Shown in pieces: positions 10,261-19,290 of a stretch of DNA of 64,000 nt. Every line of letters starts with the position of its first letter. The first letter of the stretch is position 1. The DNA comes from Vampirovibrionales bacterium (GTDB lineage Bacteria; Cyanobacteriota; Vampirovibrionia; Vampirovibrionales; Vampirovibrionaceae), in assembly GCA_039794365.1 (NCBI GenBank), contig JBDIVN010000001.1:450753-514752 (forward strand). The letters run 5' to 3'. The position numbers were made by a program, and so were the translations under genes. Under the pieces are notes generated by a model. That model saw only the letters and a list, made by a program, of their open reading frames with translations, did not search any database and was not told the DNA's origin.

Positions 10261-11394
10261 CTAGAATCCGCCGAATATGGCCGCGGAAAATGCGGCATTG
10301 GTGAAGGGCGAGAGAATCCGGTTGACCTGATCGAAAAACTTGCCGGTCTTGAACAGCCGTTTTTCGCCCACCACCACAATATCGTTGGGACGCAGCACAA
10401 TATCGGCCCGCTGCGGATTGACATACAGGGTGGAGAAGTCATGCTCGTTGGTGAACCGCCGGATGGCGATGACATCCCGGCTGGCGCCATCCTTGTAGCC
10501 TCCGGCCTGGGAAATCGCCGAATTCAGGTAGGGCGAGTTTCCGGGCAGTTCATAAACCCCCGGCTTTTCCAGCTCACCCAGAACCCGCACCGGAAACGTT
10601 CCCGGCCCGATGGACGAATTCAGCAGCATCTGATACTCGGCATCGGTCAGGGCCATGGAGGGCAGGGCCGGAATGTAGATGCTGTCCCCGGAGCGCAGCA
10701 TGATATCCTGGCTGGTATCACCCTCCTGAAGCATCTTCAGCAGGTCCACCTCCAGCGACTCCTCGCTGACGTTGCCGTGGCGGGTAATACGGATGCGCCG
10801 GAGATCCGCATTCATCTGCACCCCCCCGGCATTGGCCAGGATGTTGGAGAGGCGCAGATCGATCCGGTTGATGGGACCGTTGGCGGTGGGTCCCACGGCA
10901 CTGTTCTGGTTACCGGTGGAAAGCTGGTACATGCCCGGATGCTTCACCGCGCCCGCCAGGTAAATAGTGCCGGGGCGGGTCTGATCCACCGTGACCGAGA
11001 CGATGGGTTCCTTGATCAGCTCGCTCAGTTCGTAACGGAGAATGGACTGGACCTCGGAAATGGTCCGGCCCTCCACCTTGATCTCACCCACTCCGTTAAA
11101 GGTGGCCATGCCGTCGGAGCGCACCAGGATGCTGCCCTGGGTCAGGTCCGGCTGGTGATAGACCTGGAAGGACAAGACATCCCCCGGACCGATCCGGTAG
11201 TGGGTATCCTCGGTGGTGAACCGGACAGCCCCCCGAAGGGTTTCCGAGGCGGCGGGCGCCAGTCCCGGCCCAAGCGGACCTGTCACCAGAACGAGTATCA
11301 GCATCCCCATCCAGAAAATTTTTCTGAAAAAGGCATCCAGTGGCCAGAGGTCAAAAACCATAGCCGGAGCAACCTCCACTCGTTCAACCAACAT
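10261..11394 (-). CDS. Polysaccharide export protein (Wza/Poly_export + SLBB domains); true start may be downstream
   Basis: YRIGPGDVLSFQVY...VRSDG, GAVKHPGMY, AGG motifs and VLRPNDIVVV. Confidence 0.9.
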   Translation of the reverse strand: MLVERVEVAPAMVFDLWPLDAFFRKIFWMGMLILVLVTGPLGPGLAPAASETLRGAVRFTTEDTHYRIGPGDVLSFQVYHQPDLTQGSILVRSDGMATFNGVGEIKVEGRTISEVQSILRYELSELIKEPIVSVTVDQTRPGTIYLAGAVKHPGMYQLSTGNQNSAVGPTANGPINRIDLRLSNILANAGGVQMNADLRRIRITRHGNVSEESLEVDLLKMLQEGDTSQDIMLRSGDSIYIPALPSMALTDAEYQMLLNSSIGPGTFPVRVLGELEKPGVYELPGNSPYLNSAISQAGGYKDGASRDVIAIRRFTNEHDFSTLYVNPQRADIVLRPNDIVVVGEKRLFKTGKFFDQVNRILSPFTNAAFSAAIFGGF

Positions 11395-11520
11395 TTTTGC
11401 TGATAACGCATGAACCGACGATGGCTGAAGTCTCGGATAAAAGCGTTTTTTTCAAAATTAGACCGGTGGGGGAGGGGAGGAGGGATTTACGGAGTCCCCC
11501 TTTCAGCTATTGATACAACC

Positions 11521-12246
11521 ATGCTGATTTTCAATTTTCATCATACGGAGCCGTGGCCAAAGTTCCGGCAGCGCCGGCATCTGAGCATTACTCCCAAGGG
11601 TCTGCTAGGATTCATCCGGCTGGTACGGGGCATCGGTTTCCGGATCTGCTCGATCCGGGAGGTTCTGGACGCCGGAGGCCCCGACAGGCTTCCGGAAAAA
11701 TCAGTCCTGCTGACCTTTGACGACGGTTATGAAAACAACTACAAGTATGCCTGGCCGGTTCTGGAGGCCGAACGGTGTCCGGCAACCATTTTTCTGCTGG
11801 CCGGAAAATTCGGCGGCACCAACGATTGGGACCAGGCCCACCTGCCAGAGCAGAAACGGGATCAACTGATGTCATGGCACCAGCTTAAACGGATGGCCAT
11901 GTCGCCCTGGATCAGCTTCGGCAGTCACGGCCTGTTTCATCGCAACCTGCCCGAACTAACCATTGAGCAGGCCCATGCCGAACTGTATTTTTCTCATGCC
12001 GTTCTGTCAGAAGATTTTCCCGAAGCCTACGCACCCGTTTTCGCTTACCCCTGGGGCAGTTTTTCGCGGCGCGAGGTGGAGATCCTGATGGACTCTCCCT
12101 ATCACTATGCCTTCACCACGGACAAAAGCCGCTGGGACAGCATCAACTCCCCATTTACCGTCCCCCGGTACTCGATTTACGATCGGGACGCCAACCCGTT
12201 TATTTTGCTTGGAAAGTTCTGCCGCCACCAGATTCTGTTCGGCTGA
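11521..12246 (+). CDS. Polysaccharide deacetylase (CE4/NodB, IcaB/PgaB-like)
   Basis: LLTFDDGY, FGSHGLFH and FAYPWG. ATG 11521 (MLIFNFHH) is preferred over 11410. Confidence 0.9.
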   Translation: MLIFNFHHTEPWPKFRQRRHLSITPKGLLGFIRLVRGIGFRICSIREVLDAGGPDRLPEKSVLLTFDDGYENNYKYAWPVLEAERCPATIFLLAGKFGGTNDWDQAHLPEQKRDQLMSWHQLKRMAMSPWISFGSHGLFHRNLPELTIEQAHAELYFSHAVLSEDFPEAYAPVFAYPWGSFSRREVEILMDSPYHYAFTTDKSRWDSINSPFTVPRYSIYDRDANPFILLGKFCRHQILFG

Positions 12247-13075
12247 GGGCAATGGGGCGGGTCTGGCCGATCCAGGCCCCGCCTAACAGCAGCCGGGAGA
12301 AAAACCAGGGGTTCCCAATCACGTAGCGTCCGAACATCCGGCCCGGCTGCCTTCCGAAACGATAGAGCCACTCCAGGCCCATGTTTCCCATCCACCGCGG
12401 ACATCGGACCTCCTCGCCGGTAAAGTAATCCATCACGGCCCCCAGGGGCAGAACAAGCGGAACCTCCTTCAGTTCGTCACGACGTTTTTCAATCCAGAAT
12501 TCCTGCAGGGGGGTTCCGAACCCTACCACGAGAATATCCGGACGCGACCGGTGAATCTGCCGCAACGCCCAGCGCTCCACCATGGCGTTGCGATGGATAT
12601 ACCCGTGATGGGTTCCCACCACCGTATGTTCCGGCAGACGTTCGTTCAGCACGTCCAGCATCCGCTCCGGCACACCGGGCTTTCCACCCAGCAGAAATAC
12701 GCTTTTTCCATGACGGGCCATGGTGCGGAAAAAATCCAGGAACCAGTCCGCCGCGGGCAGCCGTGCGGGCAGATAGCCGCCGGAGAAACCGGCCCCCCAG
12801 CATATGCCCATGCCATCGCAGTAGATACAGTGAGCCTGTTGCAGAAATTCCTTCAGCTTTTTTTCCCGCCAGGCCACGTTGGCCACATGGATATTCAGGT
12901 ACGTCATCAGACGGGTTCCGGGCTGCTCCATCTCATGCAGCATCCGCTGAAAAAGGCTCTCAACATTTTCAAACGCGGCAACCGGGATCTCCTCAATGCG
13001 ATGACAGGGAGGAAAGGGATCAACAAAAGCCCTTCCCGCACCGGAGGCATAATCCGTCATAAGCTGTCCCCTCAA
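12200..13075 (-). CDS. WecB/TagA/CpsF (GT26) glycosyltransferase
   Basis: YCDGMG, FLLGG, HHGY, VGFGTPLQE, GAVMD and GLEWLYRF..QP.R motifs. Confidence 0.93.
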   Translation of the reverse strand: MRGQLMTDYASGAGRAFVDPFPPCHRIEEIPVAAFENVESLFQRMLHEMEQPGTRLMTYLNIHVANVAWREKKLKEFLQQAHCIYCDGMGICWGAGFSGGYLPARLPAADWFLDFFRTMARHGKSVFLLGGKPGVPERMLDVLNERLPEHTVVGTHHGYIHRNAMVERWALRQIHRSRPDILVVGFGTPLQEFWIEKRRDELKEVPLVLPLGAVMDYFTGEEVRCPRWMGNMGLEWLYRFGRQPGRMFGRYVIGNPWFFSRLLLGGAWIGQTRPIALSRTESGGGRTFQAK

Positions 13076-13082
13076 GAAAAAC

Positions 13083-14261
13083 CTAACGATATAACGATAA
13101 ATTCAGCGGAAGCCGCCGCTTGCTCCACGTGCGGGTAACATAATGCCGGGGCGGAATCCTTCGCCCGGCACCGCTTCCGTTCTTTCCGAAAACCGGCTGC
13201 CGCTGCCTTGAGGCGGCCTGCTCCGACAGCATCCGGTAAATTTTCACGTATTCGGCAGCAGCTTTCTCAATGGAAAAATGCGTTTCAACCTGGTACCGGC
13301 AGTTGCGCCGGTTGATGGCGGGAATCCGGCTGACCGCCTGGACCATCTCCTCCACGGAATCCGTAATGAAACCGGTTTTTCCGTTTTCCAGGATCTCCGT
13401 CACCGGCCCGCTCTTAAGGGCCAGTACCGGCGTCCCGCAGGCCAGCGACTCGATGCAGACCGGATCGAACAGTTCCGGCCAAGCGGCGGGCATCAGGGTG
13501 GCCAGCGCTTTTCGCATCAGCCGGATGCGGTACGACGGGTTGATTTCCCCGATATAGCGAATCTGTTTGCCGTCCACATAGGGCGCGATTTTTTCGTGGA
13601 AGTAATCCCGGCATTCCGGCGCAATGCGTCCGGCCAGCACCAGCGGCATGCCGGTTTTCATGGCGACATACACGGCATGGTGGGCGCCGCGCATGGGAGA
13701 AAAATCCCCCCAGAAGGCGAGATATTTTTTGTAGGAAATACTGAATGACGGTTCGTACTGTGAGAGGGGAACCGCGAACGGAATGGTCGCCAGGTAATTC
13801 AGCACCGGGCAGGCGGTGCGCTGATACCGGGTGATGGACACAAACGGCAGGCGCGAGTAGCCGGAGAGGAATTCCCGAACCGTTCGTGACGGCGAGATGT
13901 CGTCATGGGTGGTCAGGAAAGGGGTCTGGGTAAAGGTTGAGAACGGCAGCGCCTGCACTCCCAGGAAATTATGAATCACATCGAACCGCTTCGCCTCCGA
14001 AACCAGCCGCTCCATCAACTTTAGTTCGTAAAGCCGGACCAGGTCTTCGGAAAGCTCCTGCTCCCGCAGGGTCCGATCCGAAATCGACACCAGTTCCGCC
14101 CCCGGAAAATCCGGTACCCGTGATCCACCCGCGGCAAACAGGGTTACCTCATGGCCATTGCGAGCCAGTTCATCCATGAGATGGCAGACCATCTGTTCCC
14201 GGCCCGATCCCGTCTTGGGCGGAACCGTCTCGCTGATTCCGCAAACCAGTGCAATGCGCAT
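13083..14261 (-). CDS. Glycosyltransferase family 4 (some motifs divergent)
   Basis: MRIALV...GHEVTLFA, E-x7-E (ELFDPVCIE), ACGTPV and ENGKTGF. Confidence 0.88.
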   Translation of the reverse strand: MRIALVCGISETVPPKTGSGREQMVCHLMDELARNGHEVTLFAAGGSRVPDFPGAELVSISDRTLREQELSEDLVRLYELKLMERLVSEAKRFDVIHNFLGVQALPFSTFTQTPFLTTHDDISPSRTVREFLSGYSRLPFVSITRYQRTACPVLNYLATIPFAVPLSQYEPSFSISYKKYLAFWGDFSPMRGAHHAVYVAMKTGMPLVLAGRIAPECRDYFHEKIAPYVDGKQIRYIGEINPSYRIRLMRKALATLMPAAWPELFDPVCIESLACGTPVLALKSGPVTEILENGKTGFITDSVEEMVQAVSRIPAINRRNCRYQVETHFSIEKAAAEYVKIYRMLSEQAASRQRQPVFGKNGSGAGRRIPPRHYVTRTWSKRRLPLNLSLYR

Positions 14262-14412
14262 GTCGCTTCCCTCGTCTGAATACTCAAACCGGGGGAATCA
14301 TAAATAAAAGCAAGCCGCAAAAAATCATTCCAACCGTCCCACAGATGTCCTATTCCAATCCGGCGGGGCAAGGGAAAATCACCCCCGTCGAAACGGAAAG
14401 AAACGGTTGGAC

Positions 14413-16770
14413 CTATCCCTTCAGGGCATCGCGCAGGAGCCGGTTGAGGAGTTCCGGGTTGGCCCGGCCACCGGTCTGCTTCATCACCTGTCCCACGAAA
14501 AATCCGAAGAGGCGATCGTTGCCCCCGCGGTATTTCGCCACACTGTCCGGGTTGGCGGCCAGGATTCCGTCGATCACCGGCTGTAGTTCAGCGGGGTCCG
14601 TCATCTGCCTCAGATCTTTTTTCTCCACAATGGCCTTCGGGTTGCCGCCACCGGTGAGCATGTCGGCAAACACGTCTTTCGCAATCTTGCTGGAAATCGT
14701 CCCGTCATCCATGAGGACCACCAGCTCCGCCAGTTCGGCGCCGCCAAAGGGCAGTGCGTCCACCGGTCGATCCTTCAGTTCGCGCAGCAGCTCGTTGTTA
14801 ATCCAGTTGGCCAGCCCTTTCGCATTATCATGTCTGGCCAGGGCGTCCTCGAAGAGCTTAGAAACCGCCGGGTCCTGTGCCAGCAGCAGGGCATCCTCAT
14901 AGGGCAGCCCCAGCTCCAGCCTGTAATGATTCAGCCGTTCCTCCTGCTGCGGGGTCAGGGGTTTCTCCGAAATCTCCGGGCGATCGGCCTGAACGGACCT
15001 GGGTTCCGCCTTCGGCTTCTCTTTCTTCGGCTCCGGCTTTGGCGGATCTTCGGTCTTCTGTACCTGTTTCGCCCAGGAATCACGCAGGGTCACAATCCGG
15101 TTAAATACCAGGTTGCCCGGCTTCGAATCCGGATCGACACAGAAATAACCCTGACGCTCGAACTGGAACCGGTCGCCCACGGCGGCACCGGCCACGGCAG
15201 CCTCGATACGGCAGCCGCTGAGTACCTGCAGCGAATCCGGGTTCAGGTAATCGGTAAATTCGCCTTTCTCCGCATCGGGGTTGGGCACCGTCAGCAGGCG
15301 GTCGTAAAGACGCACTTCCGCCGGGCTGGAGTGATCGGCGGAAACCCAGTGGATGACCCCCTTCACCTTCCGGCCTTCGGGCGCCGCCCCGCCGCCGGTG
15401 GCCGGATCGTAAGAGCAGCGCAATTCAACCACGTTACCCCTGGCATCTTTAATCACGTCCTCGCACCGGATGACATATCCGTAGCGCAGACGGACCTCCG
15501 CACCGGGAGACAGGCGGTGATAGCCCTTGGGAGGCTCTTCCATGAAGTCGTTCTGTTCAATGTAAACCTCACGGGAAAAGGTGAGCTTGCGAGACCCCTC
15601 CTTGGGCACGTCTTCAGGATAGTAGGGCGCGTCGATTTCCTCGGTTTTGCCTTCCGGCCAGTTTTCAATGACCACCTTCAGGGGTTTCAGTACGCACAGC
15701 ACGCGGGGCGCCCTGGTGTTGAGATCGTCGCGGATGCAGTATTCGAGTTGGGCCATATCCACCACGCTGTTGGCCTTGGCAATACCCACACTCTCGCAGA
15801 AGTTGCGGATGGCTTCCGGCGTATAGCCCCGGCGGCGCAAGCCGGAGATGGTCGGCAGACGGGGATCATCCCAGCCGTTGACGTATTTCCCCTCCACCAG
15901 CGTCAGCAGTCTGCGCTTGCTCATCACCGTATAGTTCAGGTTCAGGCGGGCAAATTCGATCTGCACCGGGCGGCTGGGAAGGGTCAGGTTTTCCACCACC
16001 CAGTCGTACAGCTCACGGTTATTCTCGAACTCTAATGTACACAGGGAATGGGTGATACACTCGAGGGCATCGGAGATGGGATGGGCGAAGTCGTACATGG
16101 GATAGATGCACCACGTGTCGCCGGTCATGTGGTGGCTCACGTGGCGAATGCGATAAAGCAGCGGGTCACGCATCTTCATGTTGGGCGAGGCCATGTCGAT
16201 TTTCGCCCGCAGTACGTGCTCGCCGTTTTTAAATTCGCCCCGGCGCATTTTTTGAAACAGCTCCAGGTTCTCGTCAATTGATCGTTCGCGGTAGGGGCTG
16301 GGCTTTCCGGGTTCCGTCACGGTGCCGCGGTATTCCCGAATCTCCGCCTCGCTCAGGCTGCACACATAGGCCTTGCCGTCCCTGATCAGCTGGATGGCGC
16401 AGTCATACATGGTTTCAAAATAGTCCGAGGCGTGAAACAGCTTGCCTTTCCAGTCGAAACCCAGCCAACGGACATCCGCCTGGATGGACTCCTCGAAGAG
16501 GGTGTCTTCTTTCGCCGGGTCCGTATCATCGAAACGCAGATGGCAGATGCCGCCATATTCCAGCGCAATGCCGAAGTTCAGGCAGATGGACTTGGCATGG
16601 CCGATGTGCAGAAACCCGTTCGGCTCCGGCGGAAAGCGGGTGACAATCTGCCGGTGCTTGCCGGTGTTCAGATCGTCATTGATCGTCCGGCGGATGAAAT
16701 CCACGTTTCGGGAATCCGCCGGGGTCCCACCCGGCATCTGCTCCTTGGCGCTCGGTACGGTCACGGTCAA
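14413..16770 (-). CDS. glnS: Glutamine--tRNA ligase with C-terminal GatB/YqeY domain (start uncertain, 16737-16770)
   Basis: [26 protein letters not shown] and FQFERQGYF, then ANWINNEL...[16 protein letters not shown] (YqeY). Confidence 0.96.
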   Translation of the reverse strand: MTVTVPSAKEQMPGGTPADSRNVDFIRRTINDDLNTGKHRQIVTRFPPEPNGFLHIGHAKSICLNFGIALEYGGICHLRFDDTDPAKEDTLFEESIQADVRWLGFDWKGKLFHASDYFETMYDCAIQLIRDGKAYVCSLSEAEIREYRGTVTEPGKPSPYRERSIDENLELFQKMRRGEFKNGEHVLRAKIDMASPNMKMRDPLLYRIRHVSHHMTGDTWCIYPMYDFAHPISDALECITHSLCTLEFENNRELYDWVVENLTLPSRPVQIEFARLNLNYTVMSKRRLLTLVEGKYVNGWDDPRLPTISGLRRRGYTPEAIRNFCESVGIAKANSVVDMAQLEYCIRDDLNTRAPRVLCVLKPLKVVIENWPEGKTEEIDAPYYPEDVPKEGSRKLTFSREVYIEQNDFMEEPPKGYHRLSPGAEVRLRYGYVIRCEDVIKDARGNVVELRCSYDPATGGGAAPEGRKVKGVIHWVSADHSSPAEVRLYDRLLTVPNPDAEKGEFTDYLNPDSLQVLSGCRIEAAVAGAAVGDRFQFERQGYFCVDPDSKPGNLVFNRIVTLRDSWAKQVQKTEDPPKPEPKKEKPKAEPRSVQADRPEISEKPLTPQQEERLNHYRLELGLPYEDALLLAQDPAVSKLFEDALARHDNAKGLANWINNELLRELKDRPVDALPFGGAELAELVVLMDDGTISSKIAKDVFADMLTGGGNPKAIVEKKDLRQMTDPAELQPVIDGILAANPDSVAKYRGGNDRLFGFFVGQVMKQTGGRANPELLNRLLRDALKG

Positions 16771-16963
16771 TGCACCTTTACTGTCGACTGAAACTGGCTG
16801 ACCTAGTAATACTATCACAGGATGCCCCCCTTTCACGCCCTCCCGATGCGGGAGTTCGTCCCCCCATCGCCCGCCGGAATTCGAAAATACATTCGACTTT
16901 TTCCCGTACCTCCGCTATGATGCTGTCGTCCACCCAGATTCCCGAACCGGGGGCCAGACACCG

Positions 16964-18079
16964 ATGACCGCCAACCGAAAAATCATTCACATCGACATGG
17001 ACGCATTCTATGCATCCATTGAGCAGCGGGACTTTCCCGCATACCGGGGCATGCCCCTGGTCGTCGGAGGCCGGCCCGACCGCCGGGGCGTGGTGGCCGC
17101 CGCCAGCTACGAGGCCCGCCAATACGGAATCCGTTCGGCCATGTCGTCCTACCAGGCAGCCAGACGCTGCCCGGATCTCATCTTCGCACCGCCCCGTTTC
17201 GAGGTTTACAAGCAGGTCAGCGGCCAGATCCGGGAGATTTTCCTGGACTACGCCGATCTCGTGGAACCCCTCTCCCTGGACGAGGCCTACCTCGATGTAA
17301 CGGAGAACAAAAAGAACAATCCCTCCGCCACGTGGATCGCGAAAGAGATCAAGGTTCGCATCCGGGAAGCGACCGGCCTCACCGCTTCTGCCGGGATCTC
17401 CTATAACAAGTTCCTCGCCAAAATCGCCTCGGACATGGACAAGCCCGACGGCCTGTATCTCATCAAACCGGAAGACGCCCCGGCCTTCCTCGAAAGGCTG
17501 CCCATCGGGAAATTCTACGGCATCGGCAAGGTCACGGCGCGAAAAATGAAGGAACTGGGCATCCACACCGGCGCCGATCTCAAGAAATGGCCGCTGGAAC
17601 GGCTGACTGAAACCTTCGGCAAGACGGGCGCCTGGTATTTCGGGATCGTCCGGGGCCATGACGACCGCGAAGTCAGCCCGGAGCGGGAGAGAAAATCGCT
17701 GGGCGCAGAGACAACTTTTGATACGGACCTCTGCGATACCGAGGAGATGATGGACGAACTGGGCAAACTGGCGGACGACGTGGTGGAAGGACTGGAGAAA
17801 CGGGGCCTCCGAGGGCGGACGCTTACCCTGAAGGTGAAATACGAGAATTTTCGGCAGATCACCCGAAGCCGCACGGTGGATACCCCGGTGACCGGCAAGG
17901 CGCTCATGCTGGATCTGGTCCGCGAACTGCTGGCCCAGACGGAGGCCGGCCCCCGAAAAGTCCGGCTCCTGGGCATCACCGTCTCCAACTTCGAGACAGC
18001 TCCCGGCTCAGAAGCCGAAGAACCCGCCGAAGCGGACGGAATCCGCCAGCTTCGGCTGGACTTCGGCATAGCGGGCTAG
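16964..18079 (+). CDS. dinB: DNA polymerase IV (Y family)
   Basis: RKIIHIDMDAFYASIEQRD, SYEAR, SLDEAYLD, NKFLAKIASD..KPDG and VRLLGI. Confidence 0.97.
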   Translation: MTANRKIIHIDMDAFYASIEQRDFPAYRGMPLVVGGRPDRRGVVAAASYEARQYGIRSAMSSYQAARRCPDLIFAPPRFEVYKQVSGQIREIFLDYADLVEPLSLDEAYLDVTENKKNNPSATWIAKEIKVRIREATGLTASAGISYNKFLAKIASDMDKPDGLYLIKPEDAPAFLERLPIGKFYGIGKVTARKMKELGIHTGADLKKWPLERLTETFGKTGAWYFGIVRGHDDREVSPERERKSLGAETTFDTDLCDTEEMMDELGKLADDVVEGLEKRGLRGRTLTLKVKYENFRQITRSRTVDTPVTGKALMLDLVRELLAQTEAGPRKVRLLGITVSNFETAPGSEAEEPAEADGIRQLRLDFGIAG

Positions 18080-18088
18080 ACTCCGGCC

Positions 18089-18949
18089 CTAGAAGACCCA
18101 GAGGCCTCCAGCCCGGCAGTCACCCTGGTACTGGGTACGGCGCGTCCGGGTACGGATCTGGAAGTACCGCTTGAACTTCTCGCCCTGCGGCGTGGTGATC
18201 ACCGGCCCGGGCACCCAGACGGTTCTCACCTGAACGTCGGGCTGGGTGTTGGGCACCGGGACGGGATTGCCGTTCCGGCGCTTGAGGACGCACTGGCAGT
18301 GATCCTTGCAGGTATCCGCCTGGTAGAAGAACCCCCGGTTCGGCTCGGCGTCTGAGGGTTTGTTGAGATCGAAATAGGCCTGGGCATCGGCGCGTTCCTG
18401 GGGATTCATGCCCGGATTGTCCGGAATTCGCCGCCGCCGGGAGTAGATGCTGCCCGTTGTTCCGTAGGCGTAAGGGACCTCAACGACACCGCGGAACTGG
18501 TACATATACGTGCCGTCCGCCTCTTTCTGCAACTGGTGGAACTCCACCCGGCAGGGGCACTCACAGTTCTTGTCGATGGCGTCGAGGTCGCCGTAAAGCT
18601 CATCCAGAATGGACCCGCCCGGCTTGGGTCCTTCATAGGCGTCCCCCTTGTGGCAGTCGGTTTCCGTTCCGGAGCCGCCGCCGTTGCCGTCGTCGATGGG
18701 TTCGCCGTCGTCACCATTGCCATCGCCGTTGCCGTTCTCATCCCCATCCTCATCATTTGCGGGTTGGGGATTGGGCTGGGGCGGCGGACAGTCCTCATCG
18801 TCCTGGCGGCAGATGAAACCGCTGTCCTGCTGTTGCTGTTCCTGGGCCTGTTCCTGGCCGTCCACCGCCTCGGACGTCAGCACGGCAGCCTGAAGCCCTG
18901 CGCCCAAGGCGAACGTCATCGCCAGGGCGAGTAACCACTGCTTAGTCAT
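18089..18949 (-). CDS. Secreted Cys-rich, acidic hypothetical protein
   Basis: Signal peptide MTKQWLLALAMTFALGAGLQA, 10 Cys, D/G/N-rich linker. GGAG lies before ATG 18949. Confidence 0.75.
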   Translation of the reverse strand: MTKQWLLALAMTFALGAGLQAAVLTSEAVDGQEQAQEQQQQDSGFICRQDDEDCPPPQPNPQPANDEDGDENGNGDGNGDDGEPIDDGNGGGSGTETDCHKGDAYEGPKPGGSILDELYGDLDAIDKNCECPCRVEFHQLQKEADGTYMYQFRGVVEVPYAYGTTGSIYSRRRRIPDNPGMNPQERADAQAYFDLNKPSDAEPNRGFFYQADTCKDHCQCVLKRRNGNPVPVPNTQPDVQVRTVWVPGPVITTPQGEKFKRYFQIRTRTRRTQYQGDCRAGGLWVF

Positions 18950-19048
18950 AAACTCCAAACTCTCCTGTCAAAAAATAATCACGGGTGGTTTTTAAACGAG
19001 TAAGTTATCTATCTGTATACCGTTAAAACGGCCTGAAAAAAATAGGTT

Positions 19049-19077
19049 TTGACAAAATGTATCTATTCCTCTAGATT
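19049..19077 (+). promoter_or_regulatory. sigma70-type promoter of the arg leader
   Basis: TTGACA (19049-54), 17-nt spacer, TAGATT (19072-77). Confidence 0.8.
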
Positions 19078-19087
19078 TGTAGGTCCT

Positions 19088-19180
19088 ATGAAAAACTTTG
19101 AATTCACGCCGAATACCATTGTCCGCCGTCGCCGCCGCAGCCTGACGGCCGGGTGGACATTGGCGCGAAATTCACGATAA
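19088..19180 (+). CDS. Arg-rich attenuator leader peptide MKNFEFTPNTIVRRRRRSLTAGWTLARNSR
   Basis: 30-aa ORF with codons 13-17 = CGC CGT CGC CGC CGC, lying directly upstream of a terminator and argB. Confidence 0.85.
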   Translation: MKNFEFTPNTIVRRRRRSLTAGWTLARNSR

Positions 19181-19217
19181 ACCGCAAACCAGAGCCTTAC
19201 AATCACCCTGAGCCGTC
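19116..19217 (+). promoter_or_regulatory. Attenuator alternative helices (1:2 protector, 2:3 antiterminator)
   Basis: CCATTGTCCGCC (19116-27) pairs with GGTGGACATTGG (19152-63). GACGGC/GGGTG/ATTG (19144-62) pair with GCCGTC/CACCC/CAAT (19200-17). Confidence 0.8.
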
Positions 19218-19244
19218 GAATCCGAGCCGGGGTGATTTTTTATT
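19201..19244 (+). terminator. Intrinsic terminator (attenuator 3:4 hairpin)
   Basis: AATCACCC...GGGTGATT stem followed by a T-tract (TTTTTTATT), ending about 46 nt before the argB ATG. Confidence 0.85.
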
Positions 19245-19290
19245 GACCGGATTTTATACAGATACGCCCAAGCCGAAAGGGAACCCCACC

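Noticed and set aside
5361-11403. Long plus-strand ORFs (497, 489 and 386 aa) in the EPS cluster
   Set aside because: Antisense to well-supported wzx, co-polymerase and wza-like genes.
19153-19290. ORF-track N-terminal extension of argB from GTG 19153
   Set aside because: It runs through the leader peptide and terminator. ATG 19291 has an RBS and gives a normal ArgB length.
19049-19290. T-box, riboswitch or ARG boxes upstream of argB
   Set aside because: I found no T-box GGTGGNACCGCG consensus, the leader is too short for stem I, and there are no convincing tandem ARG boxes. The leader-peptide model explains the helices.
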